A stretch of DNA of 64,000 bases from an uncultured bacterium (lineage in GTDB: Bacteria > Chloroflexota > UBA5177 > JANWHV01), in contig CAWHAE010000011.1 in assembly GCA_963827235.1 (NCBI GenBank), positions 1 through 64,000 on the forward strand, written 5' to 3'. The notes below the pieces were generated by a model. The model had not been told where the DNA came from. It saw only the letters and a program-made list of their open reading frames with translations, and did no database searches. Position 1 is the first letter of the stretch. Each line of letters opens with the position of its first letter. Below, in pieces: positions 10,808 through 21,824 of the stretch. Position numbers and translations under genes: made by a program.

Positions 10808-11660
10808 CTACGCTTCCCTTTCGATGACGTTGCGCAGCACGCCGACTTCAGAGATCTCCACTTCGATCACATCGCCGTGTTTCATGAACAGCTGCGGCTT
10901 GCGACGCGCGCCCACGCCGCCGGGCGTCCCGGTAACGATCACGTCGCCTGGCTCGAGCTCGGTAAACGTGGAGCAATAGGCAATGATCTCGGCAATCGAG
11001 AAGATCATTTGCCTGGCTGGTCGCGCGCTGGAGTTCCACCCCGTTCAATCGCGTACACAGGTGCAATTCGGGATCATCACCGAATTCGTCTGCCGTGCTC
11101 ATCCAGGGCCCGAACCCACCCGTATGCAGGAAGTTCTTGCCGGGCGTCCATTGGTGGGTGTGCCCCTGCCAGTCGCGGACCGAGGCATCGTTGTACGGGG
11201 CGTAGCCGGCGACGTGGTCCCAGACCTTGTCCGTGGGGATACGTCGCCCCGCCTTGCCGATGATGACGGCGATCTCGCCTTCATAGTCGAGTTTCTCGGA
11301 CTCGGGCGGAAGCAGGATCGCGCCTTGATGGCCCACCTGGGAATTGGCGAAGCGAGCAAACACGGGCGGCCTGAGCGTCGGGTCGCGCCCCGTTTCGGAA
11401 CGATGCTCCTCGTAATTGATGCCGATGCAGATGATCTTTGGCGGATTCGGGATCACTGGCAGGAACTTAACGCGCTCTGCGGTGACGTCGGGCTTCGCGC
11501 CTTTCAGTGCCTCGGCGAGCTTCGGCAACGCGCCGGCCTGCAATACGCTCAGCAGGTCGGGAAATTGGCCACCGAGGCGTCGGGTCAGGTCGACTATACC
11601 GCCTTCCACCCAGGCGCCGAATCTGCGCGAACCATCCAGTTCAAAACTCAGGAGCTTCAT
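10808..11660 (-). CDS. Fumarylacetoacetate (FAA) hydrolase family protein (one frameshift near 11010)
   Basis: [28 protein letters not shown] and GKNF in ORF 10848-11750; MIFSI...[14 protein letters not shown] in ORF 10808-11008. Confidence 0.9.
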
Positions 11661-11884
11661 CGTGTCGCCTCTCTTCAGGGTTTGGGCAATCGACGTCGAT
11701 TGCGCATGACGGCATGCGCCAATCGAATCGACCACGCCCGCGCGGCGCAAGAGAGACTAGTGCGCCAATAGCCGGTCGAACAAGCGCACAACCCGGACTG
11801 TCCGGCCTGTGTATCGGCTACGGGACGAGTCAAGGCGCCGAGAAACTGGAGCTGCCGGGACGCGGTCAGCGCGTCAGCAACGCG

Positions 11885-12664
11885 CTACTGCCAATCCACT
11901 CCCGAGGCTTCGAGTCTATGCTCGATTTCTGCCTTCGCCTCTCGCAGTACCGGCAGGCAGCCTGCGATGGCGGCGTCGCGGGTCTGCAGCGTGGACGGCC
12001 ACACGGTGCTGATGCAGCCAAGCACCATGCCCCGGCAAAGGATGGGCACCGCAATGCCGCTGCGGCGCTTGTAGTCCGGATCATCTGAGACACAGTATCC
12101 ATTCGCACGAACTGAACGGATAGTGCGACTGACGTGGATGGAATCCCGCGCCGCGCGATCTTCCGGTACCTGAGACCTGCGTAGCTGCGCCAGTATCTCT
12201 TGTCGCTGCTCGTCGCTGCAAAACGCCAGGTAGGCCCATCCCAACGGAGTGGACAGCATCGGGATCCGCATGCCGACGGCACACGTTCCAATCGAATTCG
12301 GGCTGAATCGGTCCGTGCTCTCACGCACCGCTATGGAGCCATCCACGTAGGTGGACACTGCGCTTGGCCATTTCAGCTGTTGCCGGCGCGCGAAGAGCAC
12401 GGGCGTGGCCACGGAGACAAATACGGATTCGCAGGTCATCCCGCCGCTCAGGCGACGTACGCCAATTGTCAATCGATAGGCATTATCATCGAGACTCGTA
12501 CGCTCGACATATTCGCCATGGGACAGCGTTTCGATGATCCGGTACACCGTTGGCAGGGGCAATTTGACCGCCTTGGCGATATCCTGCGCCGAAGCAGCTC
12601 CCACTCTATTAAGGTGACCCAGGACGTTCAGCCCACGGTCCAGCGTTCGCAGTTGCGTTGCCAA
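11885..12664 (-). CDS. IclR-family regulator, MhpR-like
   Basis: TLDRGLNVL...LPLPTVYRIIETL; RESTDRFSP; TPLGWAYLAFC; paralog of 7940-8743. Confidence 0.9.
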   Translation of the reverse strand: MATQLRTLDRGLNVLGHLNRVGAASAQDIAKAVKLPLPTVYRIIETLSHGEYVERTSLDDNAYRLTIGVRRLSGGMTCESVFVSVATPVLFARRQQLKWPSAVSTYVDGSIAVRESTDRFSPNSIGTCAVGMRIPMLSTPLGWAYLAFCSDEQRQEILAQLRRSQVPEDRAARDSIHVSRTIRSVRANGYCVSDDPDYKRRSGIAVPILCRGMVLGCISTVWPSTLQTRDAAIAGCLPVLREAKAEIEHRLEASGVDWQ

Positions 12665-12914
12665 TCCAGCCCCCCGCCAGCAGCCCCCAAGTGCCTGAAT
12701 CTAAGCCCGGACGCGCGGAGTTGCAAGGTCGCAGCGAGTCTGGTGCCACGGCTGCTGCGGCCTGGCCAGCAACAGGGGCGCCATTACTTGCCGAGGGCGC
12801 AAACCTGTCGAGCTACACGCTGGATTTACGCCGATATTCCGGACAACGCCCCTGGATGGCCCGGCGGATCATCCAGGCTCTTCCCGGACGGACAGATCCA
12901 GCTGTCGAAGCCGG

Positions 12915-14186
12915 TCAGCTGCCAGGCTGCGTCGGCGCACGTGGAGGTCGCCGCGCCGCGAGCAGCACGGCCGCCACGCCCACGTTCAGTGCAACCAGGA
13001 TATAGATTGCCAACGTGTAGGTGTGATGTGCGTCGAAATAGGCCCCAGCCAGGATCGGAACAATCGAGGCCGCGCCAGTCTGGATCAACACGCCCATCCC
13101 TGAGAGGCTGGCGAACGGCTTGGTGCCGAAGAAATAGCTCAACAATGCCATCGAGCCGACCTGCGCCGCGCCAAAGCCAATTCCCATGACTGGGCGCGTA
13201 GATGTACAGGCCGAAGGTCCCGGTGGCGTAGGGACAGCAGCAACAGGCCCAGTGCGTAGAACATCATCGCACCGGCCAGCAACCGGCGCGGGCCCACACT
13301 GTCGCCGTAGGCACCGATGATCGCATTGCCGAGCAAGTGATGCTCCGGCCATGATCGCCATGGACGCCGATGCTGCGCCGGCGGAGTAGCCCAGGTCACG
13401 CAACAGCGCCTGCCCGTGGGCAATGTAGAACGAGGCGCCCGCCATCAGGCTCGCCATGCAGGCGAAAACCAGCCAGCACAGCGGGGATTGCAAGGCCGAT
13501 TTCGTCGACCATTCGATTGCGCGTTGCCCCGAGGGACCCACCTTCTGCGCCGCTTCGATGGAGGCGCCGGCAGGCAATTCGTCGTCGGCGCTTTGCTGGG
13601 CCTCGGCGGGCGTGTTTTTCACGAATAGCAATGTGATCGCCAACGCAGCCAGGGCGAACAGTGCAAACGTCCACCAGGCGAGCTGCCATCGGCCGCCGGA
13701 TGCGGCGATGATTCCGCTGAACAGTGTCGGTGCGATGAAACCACCGACACCCGTCGCACCATAGAGAATCGACAGGGCCCGGGCACGGCGCCGGCTGAAC
13801 CAGGCGGCCACCGCTGTCTGGCAGGGAACGATAGCGCCGAACGCATTGCCGAGGCCACCAAGCACGCTGAACGCAACGACGCCCTGCCAACTATTGCTGA
13901 CGACGGTCGCCATCGCAGCCGTTGAACAGAGCATCAAGGAGCTTCCGACCGTCAAGCTGAGACGAGCGCCGAAACGGTTGACCATGACCGCCGCCAGTGG
14001 CGCGGCCAACCCATTCGTCAACATGTTGAACCCGACCAACAGGCCCAGCGACTTGCGATCCCAGTGCAGGTCTACGGCCATTGCCGTGTTGATCACGCTG
14101 GCGCCATAGATGGGGAACGCCATGTTGACGCAGATCACGAAGCAGAGCGCAAAGAGAATCTTCCAGCCGTAGTAGCGTGTCGTCAA
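12915..14186 (-). CDS. MFS transporter (compensating frameshifts ~13200-13340)
   Basis: Hydrophobic 12-TM pattern, VNRFGAR and AAWFSRRRARALS; alternative frame supplies GAYGDSVGPRR. Confidence 0.8.
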   Translation of the reverse strand: MTTRYYGWKILFALCFVICVNMAFPIYGASVINTAMAVDLHWDRKSLGLLVGFNMLTNGLAAPLAAVMVNRFGARLSLTVGSSLMLCSTAAMATVVSNSWQGVVAFSVLGGLGNAFGAIVPCQTAVAAWFSRRRARALSILYGATGVGGFIAPTLFSGIIAASGGRWQLAWWTFALFALAALAITLLFVKNTPAEAQQSADDELPAGASIEAAQKVGPSGQRAIEWSTKSALQSPLCWLVFACMASLMAGASFYIAHGQALLRDLGYSAGAASASMAIMAGASLARQCDHRCLRRQCGPAPVAGRCDDVLRTGPVAAVPTPPGPSACTSTRPVMGIGFGAAQVGSMALLSYFFGTKPFASLSGMGVLIQTGAASIVPILAGAYFDAHHTYTLAIYILVALNVGVAAVLLAARRPPRAPTQPGS

Positions 14187-14213
14187 AGTGTACCCCCCGA
14201 CTTGGCGTTGACT

Positions 14214-15643
14214 TCAGGGCGCGCCCTCGCGCCGCGTCACTCGTGACGTGTGGTGGCCTGCATGACGCGGAGATTGATCCGAAAACTGGAGATCCATTTC
14301 GGTCAGCTGCACGATGTCCTCCCGGGTGAACCCGGGAGCGATTTCTTCTACGACAAAGCGTTCCCCTTGCCGGACGAGCAGGGCCAGATCGGTGACAATG
14401 ACGTCGACGCGGGCGCGCGCAGAAACCGGATAGGAGCAGTTGCGCACCAGTTTTGGACGCCCCTTGCTGTCGCTGTGTTCCATGATGATGATCAACTTGC
14501 TGCCACCAGCTATCAGGTCCATCGCGCCACCGATGCCGCCCCCGACTTGGCCGGGGACACTCCAGTTTGCAACGTCCCCGTTTTGGGCGACCTGGTAAGC
14601 ACCCAGCAGCACGGCTGAGAGCTTGCCGCCACGGGCAACCTCGAAGGACACCACGCTGTCGAACACCGAGCCACCAGGCCGCATGGCGATGAAGTTGCCG
14701 GCCGCGTCGAAGAAATCATGATCGGGCGACTCGCCATCGCCCAGCAAGTCGTAACCGAGCGCCCCGTTTTCCGCATGTAGCGTGATTTCGCTATCGGTGA
14801 CGTGCGAGGCCACCAGCGTCGGCAATCCTGATCCAAGGTTCACGTAGCCGCCCTGCGGCAGCAACGCCGCTGCGCGGCGGGCAAACTCCAGGCGTGAGAG
14901 GGCCGGTTTGCCGAGATATTCGCGGCGGCTGTCCGGTGCGCGCCGCCCCAGACCGCCCTTGGCCCCGGCCGGCTTCTTCGTGCTCTGCACCACGCGGGAT
15001 ACGAAGATGCCTGGAAGGCCCACGCGCTCCGGCGGGATCTCGCCGACCTCGACGATGTGGTCGACCTCGACGATGGCGACCTTCGCGGCCTTGGCGAAGG
15101 CGGGGTTGAAGTGGATACTGCTGCCGCGGAACTCGACATTGCCGGATTGTCGGCGCGGAACCCGCGCAGGAACGCGTAGTCGACGGGCAGCGCGTGTTCG
15201 AGCACGTATTGCCTGCCGGAGAACTCCCGCGACTCCTTGCCGTCTGCAAGCCTCGTGCCGACGGTCACCGGGCTGTAGAAGGCCGGCAAGCCGGCAGCGG
15301 CAGCGCGCAAGCGCTCGACCAGGATGCCTTGCGGCACCATCTCCAGCTTCAGCGCGCCGCTGGCGACCTGCTCCTCGGTGACCGAGGGAATACCCGGGCG
15401 AGCCGAGAATGACAGGATGGCGCGGGCGACCTGCTTGTTCTCCACGAGCATCTCGGCGCGATACTCACCACCTGCCCCGAGCGAATTACCCACGAGGCAC
15501 AGATTGCCTGCACCATGGCCCTTGAGCGCCACGACAAGGCTACCCGGATTGCTGTGACCGACGCCAAAGCTCGCAATCGCGATCGTGGCCCCATCGGGAA
15601 TATCGGCTACCGCAGCCTCGGGCGAAGGGAAAATCTTGTTCAT
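14214..15643 (-). CDS. Fused 3-oxoacid CoA-transferase (alpha+beta subunits), frameshift near 15150
   Basis: Alpha part MNKIFPS...IPDGATI...PQGILVERLRAA; runs through LPGIFVSRVV into beta part GYVNLGSGLPT, AENG (catalytic Glu), GGIGGAMDL. Confidence 0.85.
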
Positions 15644-15942
15644 GCTGTTCTATCGTTGATGTCAGGTCGGTCGAAAACACAACAACGCCGCCGTGTCTCC
15701 GGTATCGGAGCGGTCCGCCTAGCTATCATCCCTGCGTGGCGGGCATCCACAAGCACGGGCGGAACAGTGTCCGCCGTGTGAATCTTCAATGACGGTACAG
15801 GCCGCCGATACCGGCAGGCATCTCCCGGATGCCGGGCAGCCGCCAGGCTTGTCAATCCATGGCCTGGCCGCTGGTCCAAGGCCGCCCGATCACATTCAAT
15901 GGATGATCTGCTGCGGCCGCCTCCGTCGAAAGGACCCCATTG

Positions 15943-16371
15943 TCACCGGGAATCGGCGGCAGCGAGCGGTCGGAACCGCAACAGCGCTGCTGACTCCCCC
16001 GTATCGCAGAACACGGCCCTGACCGACTGGCCAATTCGAAGCTCCGCCGGATCGCAGTCGATGATATTGGTCAGGACGCGCGGGCCTTCCTGGAGCTCGA
16101 CCACGGCCAGCGTATATTGCGGTGTATCCCGGTAGGCGCCTTCACCACGGCGGACAATCGCAAAGCTGTAGATCACGCCGAGGCCGGTTGCCTCAAACCA
16201 TTCAATGGGAGATTGACCGCACTCCGGGCAGAACTGCCGCGGATACCAGATCACGAAGCTGCACCGCGGGCAACGCGGCAGCATCAGCCGACCTGCCTTC
16301 GTCCCGTCCCAGAACGGCTTGGTTTCCGGCGCAACCGGGGGGGCCGGCACCGGCAGTTCAGCGCCACTCAT
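15943..16371 (-). CDS. DUF35 Zn-ribbon/OB-fold protein
   Basis: PFWDG...CPRC...YPRQFCPECG; VELQEGPRVLTNI; directly after a thiolase. Confidence 0.9.
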   Translation of the reverse strand: MSGAELPVPAPPVAPETKPFWDGTKAGRLMLPRCPRCSFVIWYPRQFCPECGQSPIEWFEATGLGVIYSFAIVRRGEGAYRDTPQYTLAVVELQEGPRVLTNIIDCDPAELRIGQSVRAVFCDTGESAALLRFRPLAAADSR

Positions 16372-17521
16372 GCGTCACCTCGAGCGAGTATCAAAGTCGC
16401 ACTACAAGGCGCGAGATGCCGCCGCCGGTGCCGTGCGCCAATGCCAGCTCGCAGTTCTTGACTTGCACTTCCGGTTGGGCCTCGCCGCGCAGTTGTCGAA
16501 CAGCCTCGATGATCTTGACCATGCCGCCCTGGTAGCCGGGGTGGTTGTTGCACAGGCCGCCTCCATCGGTATTGACCGGCAGTCGGCCACCGACGCGCAA
16601 GGCACCGTCAGCGGCAAACGCTCCGCCCTGCCCCTTCTCGCAAAACCCGAGATCCTCCAGGGTCATCAGCACCGTGATGGTGAAGGAATCATAGATCGAG
16701 GCGTAGTCGATGTCGGCTGGCGTCACCGACGCTTCCTTGAAGGCGGCCGGGCCTGACCACACGGCTGCGGTGTAGGTCATGTCGACACGCCCGCTCATGG
16801 TGTGCTTGATGGCCTCGCCGTGGCCCAGGATCTTGACCGATTGGCGCTTCAGGCCGGCTGCGATCTCGGAGGTCGTCACGATCACGGCGCCGCCGCCATC
16901 GGTGACGACGCAGCAATCGAGCCGACGCAGCGGATCGGCGACCATGGGCGACGCGAGCACCTCATCGATCGTGACGGGCTTTCGCAGCAGGGCGTTCGGG
17001 TTGTATTGGGCGTGGAATGCAGCAGCCGCCTTCACTTCCGCGAGCTGCCTCGCCGTCGTGCCGAATTCGTGCATGTGCCGCCGTGCGGCCAGGGCATAGA
17101 TGCCGATGTTCGTTTCGCCATAAGGCGCCTCGAAGGGATACTCGGGCGTGTCCGGCGGCAACTTCGGGCCGCGGACGATACCGCGAACGCGCGCACCTTG
17201 CGTCACCAGCGCGATACGGCACTTGCCGCTGGCCACTGCGAGCGCTGCGTGGCCGACGTGGCAGAGGTAGGACGATCCGCCCGTGAAAGTCGAATCGGTG
17301 TAACGCAGGTTCTTGAGGCCAATGTACTCGGCAAGCGAGATGGCCCCGAATCCGAGCTGGCCATTGCAGAAATAGCCGTCGACGTCCTGCAGCCCAAGCC
17401 CTGCGTCGGCCAGCGCACCGAACGCCACTTCAGCGTGGATCTGTGCCGCCGAGCGATCGGGCAGATCGCGGCCGGGGTGCTCATAGGCACCAATGATGAC
17501 TGCCTTTCCGCTCACGCTCAC
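16368..17521 (-). CDS. SCP2-type thiolase-like protein (C-terminal frameshift)
   Basis: DCCVVTDGGGA, YDSFTITVL...EDLGFC, NTDGGGL, EAVRQLRG, HGTGG. Confidence 0.9.
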
Positions 17522-17616
17522 GCACTACTCCGCTGCATCTTCTTGTATCGCTACATCATCGCCACGTGACGAACGCCTGCCAAGCACACCGCGCAAGTGT
17601 CCGCACGTGTGAATGG

Positions 17617-18357
17617 CTAGTGCTGGAACAGCGTGCCCAATCCCGGCGGGGAATCACGAAAGCCGGAAGTCCGCAGCGCATGCCACACGAGGGCCTGGTT
17701 GCTCGTCAGCACCGGCTTGCCGAGGTCCCGCTCGAGCAATTCGATGATGGGCAGCACCCGTATGGCCGTGCAACTGATGAAGTAGGCATCGGCCCGGGAG
17801 TCCCGCAAGGCCAGCGCGCGCCGGTACCATTCTCCCGGCTCAATCGAGGCCATCCCCTGCCCCTCGGACAGGCCCAGCCCGCTATGGCTCAGGACTTCGA
17901 TATCGTGGCGGGCAAGAAAGGCAATCTCGCGCTCATTGACGGCGTCAATGTAGGGCGTAAGCAACACGACACGCCGGGCGCCGAATGCCTGGAAGCCCGC
18001 CAGGATGCCATCGGCGGTGCTGATGGCAGGCACTGCGCTGGCTGCGCTGATGCGCACGCGAATGTTCTCGGCCATCGCTTCATCGAAGGTGGATACGGCC
18101 GTGCAATTGAAGCCAATCAGGTCAACCCCTGCGTCTGCGAGCAGGGCTGCGCCTTCCTCGACCTTTGCAGTCATGGCGAGGAGTTCCTCAGCAGTACTGC
18201 CCGCCAGCTTCAGGCGGGTCGTATGCAGGGAAATCCCCGGCGGCAGCATCGCGGCGACTTCCGGCTCGCCCACCGGGTTACTGGACGGCAGCAACATGCC
18301 CAGCCTCATGCGCCAGCCATAGCCTCCTCCTCGAGTGTGGGCGCTCGACTTCGTCAT
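17617..18357 (-). CDS. Maleate cis-trans isomerase / Asp-Glu racemase family
   Basis: RLGMLLPSSN, FNCT and ISCT catalytic Cys pair, TPY, VLTSNQA; real start possibly 18309. Confidence 0.88.
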   Translation of the reverse strand: MTKSSAHTRGGGYGWRMRLGMLLPSSNPVGEPEVAAMLPPGISLHTTRLKLAGSTAEELLAMTAKVEEGAALLADAGVDLIGFNCTAVSTFDEAMAENIRVRISAASAVPAISTADGILAGFQAFGARRVVLLTPYIDAVNEREIAFLARHDIEVLSHSGLGLSEGQGMASIEPGEWYRRALALRDSRADAYFISCTAIRVLPIIELLERDLGKPVLTSNQALVWHALRTSGFRDSPPGLGTLFQH

Positions 18358-18382
18358 GAGTGGCAGGCTCCCTGGTTGTCCA

Positions 18383-19871
18383 TTAATTGCGTACCAACGG
18401 AATCAACGCGCTTGCGGCATCCAGCTCTGCCGCGCTGTTCGCCGCGGCCAGGATGTAGCGATCCGGCCGCACGATGACACACTTGCAACCCAACTCCGCC
18501 AGATAGGCCGCGCCCTCGCCGGGCAGGACCACGGCGTCCGCGCGTCGCCATGTGTCGCGGGTCGCCGGGGAAACTGCATCCACGGTCTCGCGCGAGCCTA
18601 GTACCGCAAAGCGCAGGCCTACGACATCATCCATGCGGCGACCATCGGTCAGGATTGGCTGCTGCGAGTAGATTCCGGCCGGAGCAGGCCACCCTGCATG
18701 CAGGCCGGCGCCAAGACTCGGGCGGATTGAACGCAGCATTTGGGGACGATCAATGAGCTCCTGGTCGCGGCGCTGCTGCGGCGTCCGGGTCCGTCACCTG
18801 GATGATTTCGCCAATGCGAGCCGCTTCGCGGATGAACGCGCGCACATGTGGCGACTGCTCCAGTGCGTAGCTGTCGAGGAGCGACTGGGGCGCAAGCCCT
18901 TTCACTACCCAGTCGAGCTTCCACGCCAGGTTTGCTGCGTCTCGGATGCCGGCACACAATCCCTGTCCGAGGAACGGTGGCGTCTGGTGCGCAGCGTCGC
19001 CTGCGATGAGCGTGCGGCCGCGGCGCCAGCTACGGGCAACTGCGGATCGGAACGTATACAGGACCGCACGCTCGATAGTGGCCTGGTGCGGCGAAATCCA
19101 TGGCTTCAGCATTTGCCACACGTGATCGGGTTCGGCAAACGTTGCGGCGTCATCGCCGGGCATCAGCTTGATTTCCCAGCGGTACCGGCCGCCAACACAT
19201 TCAATGGTCGTGATCGGCCGGGCCGGATTGCAGATCTGGACGGTTCCCGCCGGCAGCGCGGGCACCGCGTCGGTGAGCAGGACATCCACCACCAGCCACT
19301 GCGCCGGCTCAGCGAGCATATCGAGGGGAGTGCCCAACGACTCCCGCACCCGCGAGTTGGCGCCATCGCAGCCAACCAGGAAGTGCGCACGCACTTCACC
19401 CGCCGTTCCATCAGCAGTCCTGGTGTAGCTGGCTACGACCCGGTCACCCTCCTCGCGCACGCTCTTGAACTCGCAACCCGACAGCACGACATGCCCGGGA
19501 AAGCGACCCAGGCCGCGGCGAAGGACCTGCTCGAGCTCCGGCTGATGGAACCGGTTGCTATCCCGCCAGCCAGAGGGGCCCGGCTGCGTCGGACGAGCCC
19601 AGTCAAGGAGGAGTCGCCCTTCGCCGTTGACGAACTGCATCCGCGGATGCAGGCCCAATTTCGGAGCAAGGTCCTCGGCGAGCCCCATCGCCTGCAAGGC
19701 CCGCATTGCCTCCCCGTCGAGGTGCGTGGCGCGCGGCATGGTGTAGGCATCGACGAAGCGCTCAATGATGACGACCGACAACCCGGCGACGCCCAATAGG
19801 TTGGCAAGCGCCGCCCCTACGGGCCCGTTGCCAACAATCGCCACATCGGTCGTCACCGGATGCAATGTCAT
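18383..19871 (-). CDS. FAD-dependent monooxygenase, MhpA (3-(3-hydroxyphenyl)propionate hydroxylase)-like, frameshift near 18760
   Basis: GNGPVG, PRATHLDGE, FHQPELE, GCDGANS, AGDAAHQTPPFLGQGLCAGIRDAANLAWKL; C-terminal VRPDRY in ORF 18383-18739. Confidence 0.88.
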
Positions 19872-19886
19872 GTCTTCTTTGCCAGC

Positions 19887-20411
19887 TCAAAGCGTTCGAG
19901 CGAGCTTGCGCCTCCACTCTTCATTGCTCTGGAACCCGGGCTGGGCACGGCACAAGGCTTCGGTGTCCCGCCGCAAGGCCTCCTCGGGCTGGTCCAGGTT
20001 GATGGGTGCCCGGAAAGGCTGGTCGATGTACCAGGGCGTATCGACAAACGCCTCCATCCGGTTTCCCTCCGGATCGCGGAAGTAGATCGACCACGCATTG
20101 CCGTGGGTGATCACATCCACGTCCTTGAGCGACTCGCGCTTGATGGCTGCGCCGATGCGTTTCAGCTCGGAAAGGTTGGCTACGCGAAACGAGATCTGGT
20201 TAATGACTCGCGAGTGATCGTCGGGATCCCTGCCGCTGGCAAGCACGAACTGGTGATGGATGTCGGGCTGCGAGGTGAAGAACACGATCGAGCGATCTGC
20301 GCCGCGCTTGATGTCGCTGATGACAAAGCCAAATACCCGCTGGTAGAAGCCGAGCATGGCTTCGAAGTCGCGCACGTGAATGCCTACATGTCCCAAATCC
20401 ATTGTTGTCAT
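19887..20411 (-). CDS. VOC (glyoxalase/extradiol-dioxygenase-like) protein
   Basis: LGHVGIHV, HHQFVL, HGNAWSIYFRDPEGNRME. Confidence 0.88.
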   Translation of the reverse strand: MTTMDLGHVGIHVRDFEAMLGFYQRVFGFVISDIKRGADRSIVFFTSQPDIHHQFVLASGRDPDDHSRVINQISFRVANLSELKRIGAAIKRESLKDVDVITHGNAWSIYFRDPEGNRMEAFVDTPWYIDQPFRAPINLDQPEEALRRDTEALCRAQPGFQSNEEWRRKLARTL

Positions 20412-20432
20412 CCTCCGATTGGATTCCGCACG

Positions 20433-20990
20433 TCATTTGCCCCGGGTGGGAAGCGGAAACCGGTCGAGATACGGCGCATATTCCGGCTCCAGGTCGACCT
20501 GGAGGGCAGACATGATGCGCACCATGCCGTTGTATTCGCCGATTGCAACCAGCAGCTCAATGAGTGATGCCGCATCCAGGGCCCCACTCAAGGTCGCGAA
20601 GGTCTCGTCACCCAGGGTCAACCGCTCGGTCATGTCGCGCGCTGCACGCAAGACAGCGCGCGCGAGCGGTTCGAGTGATGACTCCTGACCGGCGCTGTCC
20701 GCTGCTATTGCCAGGATGTCCGCTTCGGTGACACCAAACGACAATGCAACATCGACATGATGGGCGTATTCATATTCGTTGCGGGTGGAATACCCCACTT
20801 GCAGGATCGCCAGCTCGCGCAGTCGTGGGTTGAGCGTGCTCTCGTGCCGGAGGTACATCCCGATGCCGGCCACATGCCTGGCACAGCGAGGGCTGTTGGC
20901 GAGTATGCGCGTGATGTTGGATTTCATGCGCGGAATGTCCTGGAACTCGGGCGCCAGGTCCTCGCGATCGAGATAACGCATGCGCGCCAT
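20433..20990 (-). CDS. CMD/AhpD-like protein
   Basis: LNPRLRELAILQVGY...YEYAHH. Confidence 0.85.
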   Translation of the reverse strand: MARMRYLDREDLAPEFQDIPRMKSNITRILANSPRCARHVAGIGMYLRHESTLNPRLRELAILQVGYSTRNEYEYAHHVDVALSFGVTEADILAIAADSAGQESSLEPLARAVLRAARDMTERLTLGDETFATLSGALDAASLIELLVAIGEYNGMVRIMSALQVDLEPEYAPYLDRFPLPTRGK

Positions 20991-20993
20991 GGT

Positions 20994-21824
20994 TCAGGCG
21001 CCCTTGCCGACGATCAACGCAAGCGGGTCGAGGCCGGCTTGCGCAAATTCCACGATCTGCTCCTCATAGCCCACCTGCGAGCTGATCAGGAACTTCTCCT
21101 GTCGCATGCCCTCGATCAACACGGAGGAGGCGAAATCTGCTGTGGCGGGCTTGTTGCGCCGCGAATCCACGCCTTCGAGAAACTCCGCGAAGCTCGGGAT
21201 CGCTGTGCCCGAGGTTGTCACGCTCTGGCCACCGGGACGATCCGACGTGGCCGTGATGCCCGGGCAGAAGACCGATACGCGCACGCCGCGCGGGCGCAGC
21301 GCATGCGCCAGGCCGTAGCTCATCCCGAGCTGCGCGCCCTTGGTCGTCGTATAGGGAATCTGGAAGCGTGTGGGAGGATCAGGCAGGATGGCCAACGATG
21401 AAGCCGTGTTGACGAGGTAACCACTGCCGCGCTCGAGCATCGCGGGCAGCACCGCGCGTATCATGCGCACGTAGCCCAGCACATTCACCTGCAGGGCATT
21501 GACCCAGGAATCGAAGGGAATGTCTTCGATGCGTCCGGCGATGGGCGGCATTGAAGCATTGTTGATGAGCACATCGACCTGGCCGTATTGCGCAGACACG
21601 GCCTTGAACAGCGCCCCGACTTCGTCATCGCTGCTGACGTCGCAGCGCATGCCCATCGCCTGGCCCTTTTCGGCCCGGATCGACGCTGCCGCTTCCTCGG
21701 CCTTCACTCCGTTGAGATCTGCGATGACCAGGCGACTTCCCAGGCGAGCCAGCTTTTCGGCCGTGGCGCGCCCGATGCCGGTGGCTGCACCCGTAATGAC
21801 AACGATTTTATCCGCGAATTCCAT
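20994..21824 (-). CDS. Short-chain dehydrogenase/reductase
   Basis: TGAATGIG, NNAS, YTTTK catalytic motif. Confidence 0.9.
   Translation of the reverse strand: MEFADKIVVITGAATGIGRATAEKLARLGSRLVIADLNGVKAEEAAASIRAEKGQAMGMRCDVSSDDEVGALFKAVSAQYGQVDVLINNASMPPIAGRIEDIPFDSWVNALQVNVLGYVRMIRAVLPAMLERGSGYLVNTASSLAILPDPPTRFQIPYTTTKGAQLGMSYGLAHALRPRGVRVSVFCPGITATSDRPGGQSVTTSGTAIPSFAEFLEGVDSRRNKPATADFASSVLIEGMRQEKFLISSQVGYEEQIVEFAQAGLDPLALIVGKGA

Noticed and set aside
10808-11660. Programmed ribosomal frameshifting in catabolic genes
   Set aside because: No consistent slippery sites; the breaks are scattered across unrelated families, which fits indel error or decay better
12733-12748. Sigma54 promoter (minus strand TGGCAC-N5-TCGC) before the IclR gene
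   Set aside because: The -12 element is mismatched and no enhancer-binding protein is nearby; likely chance
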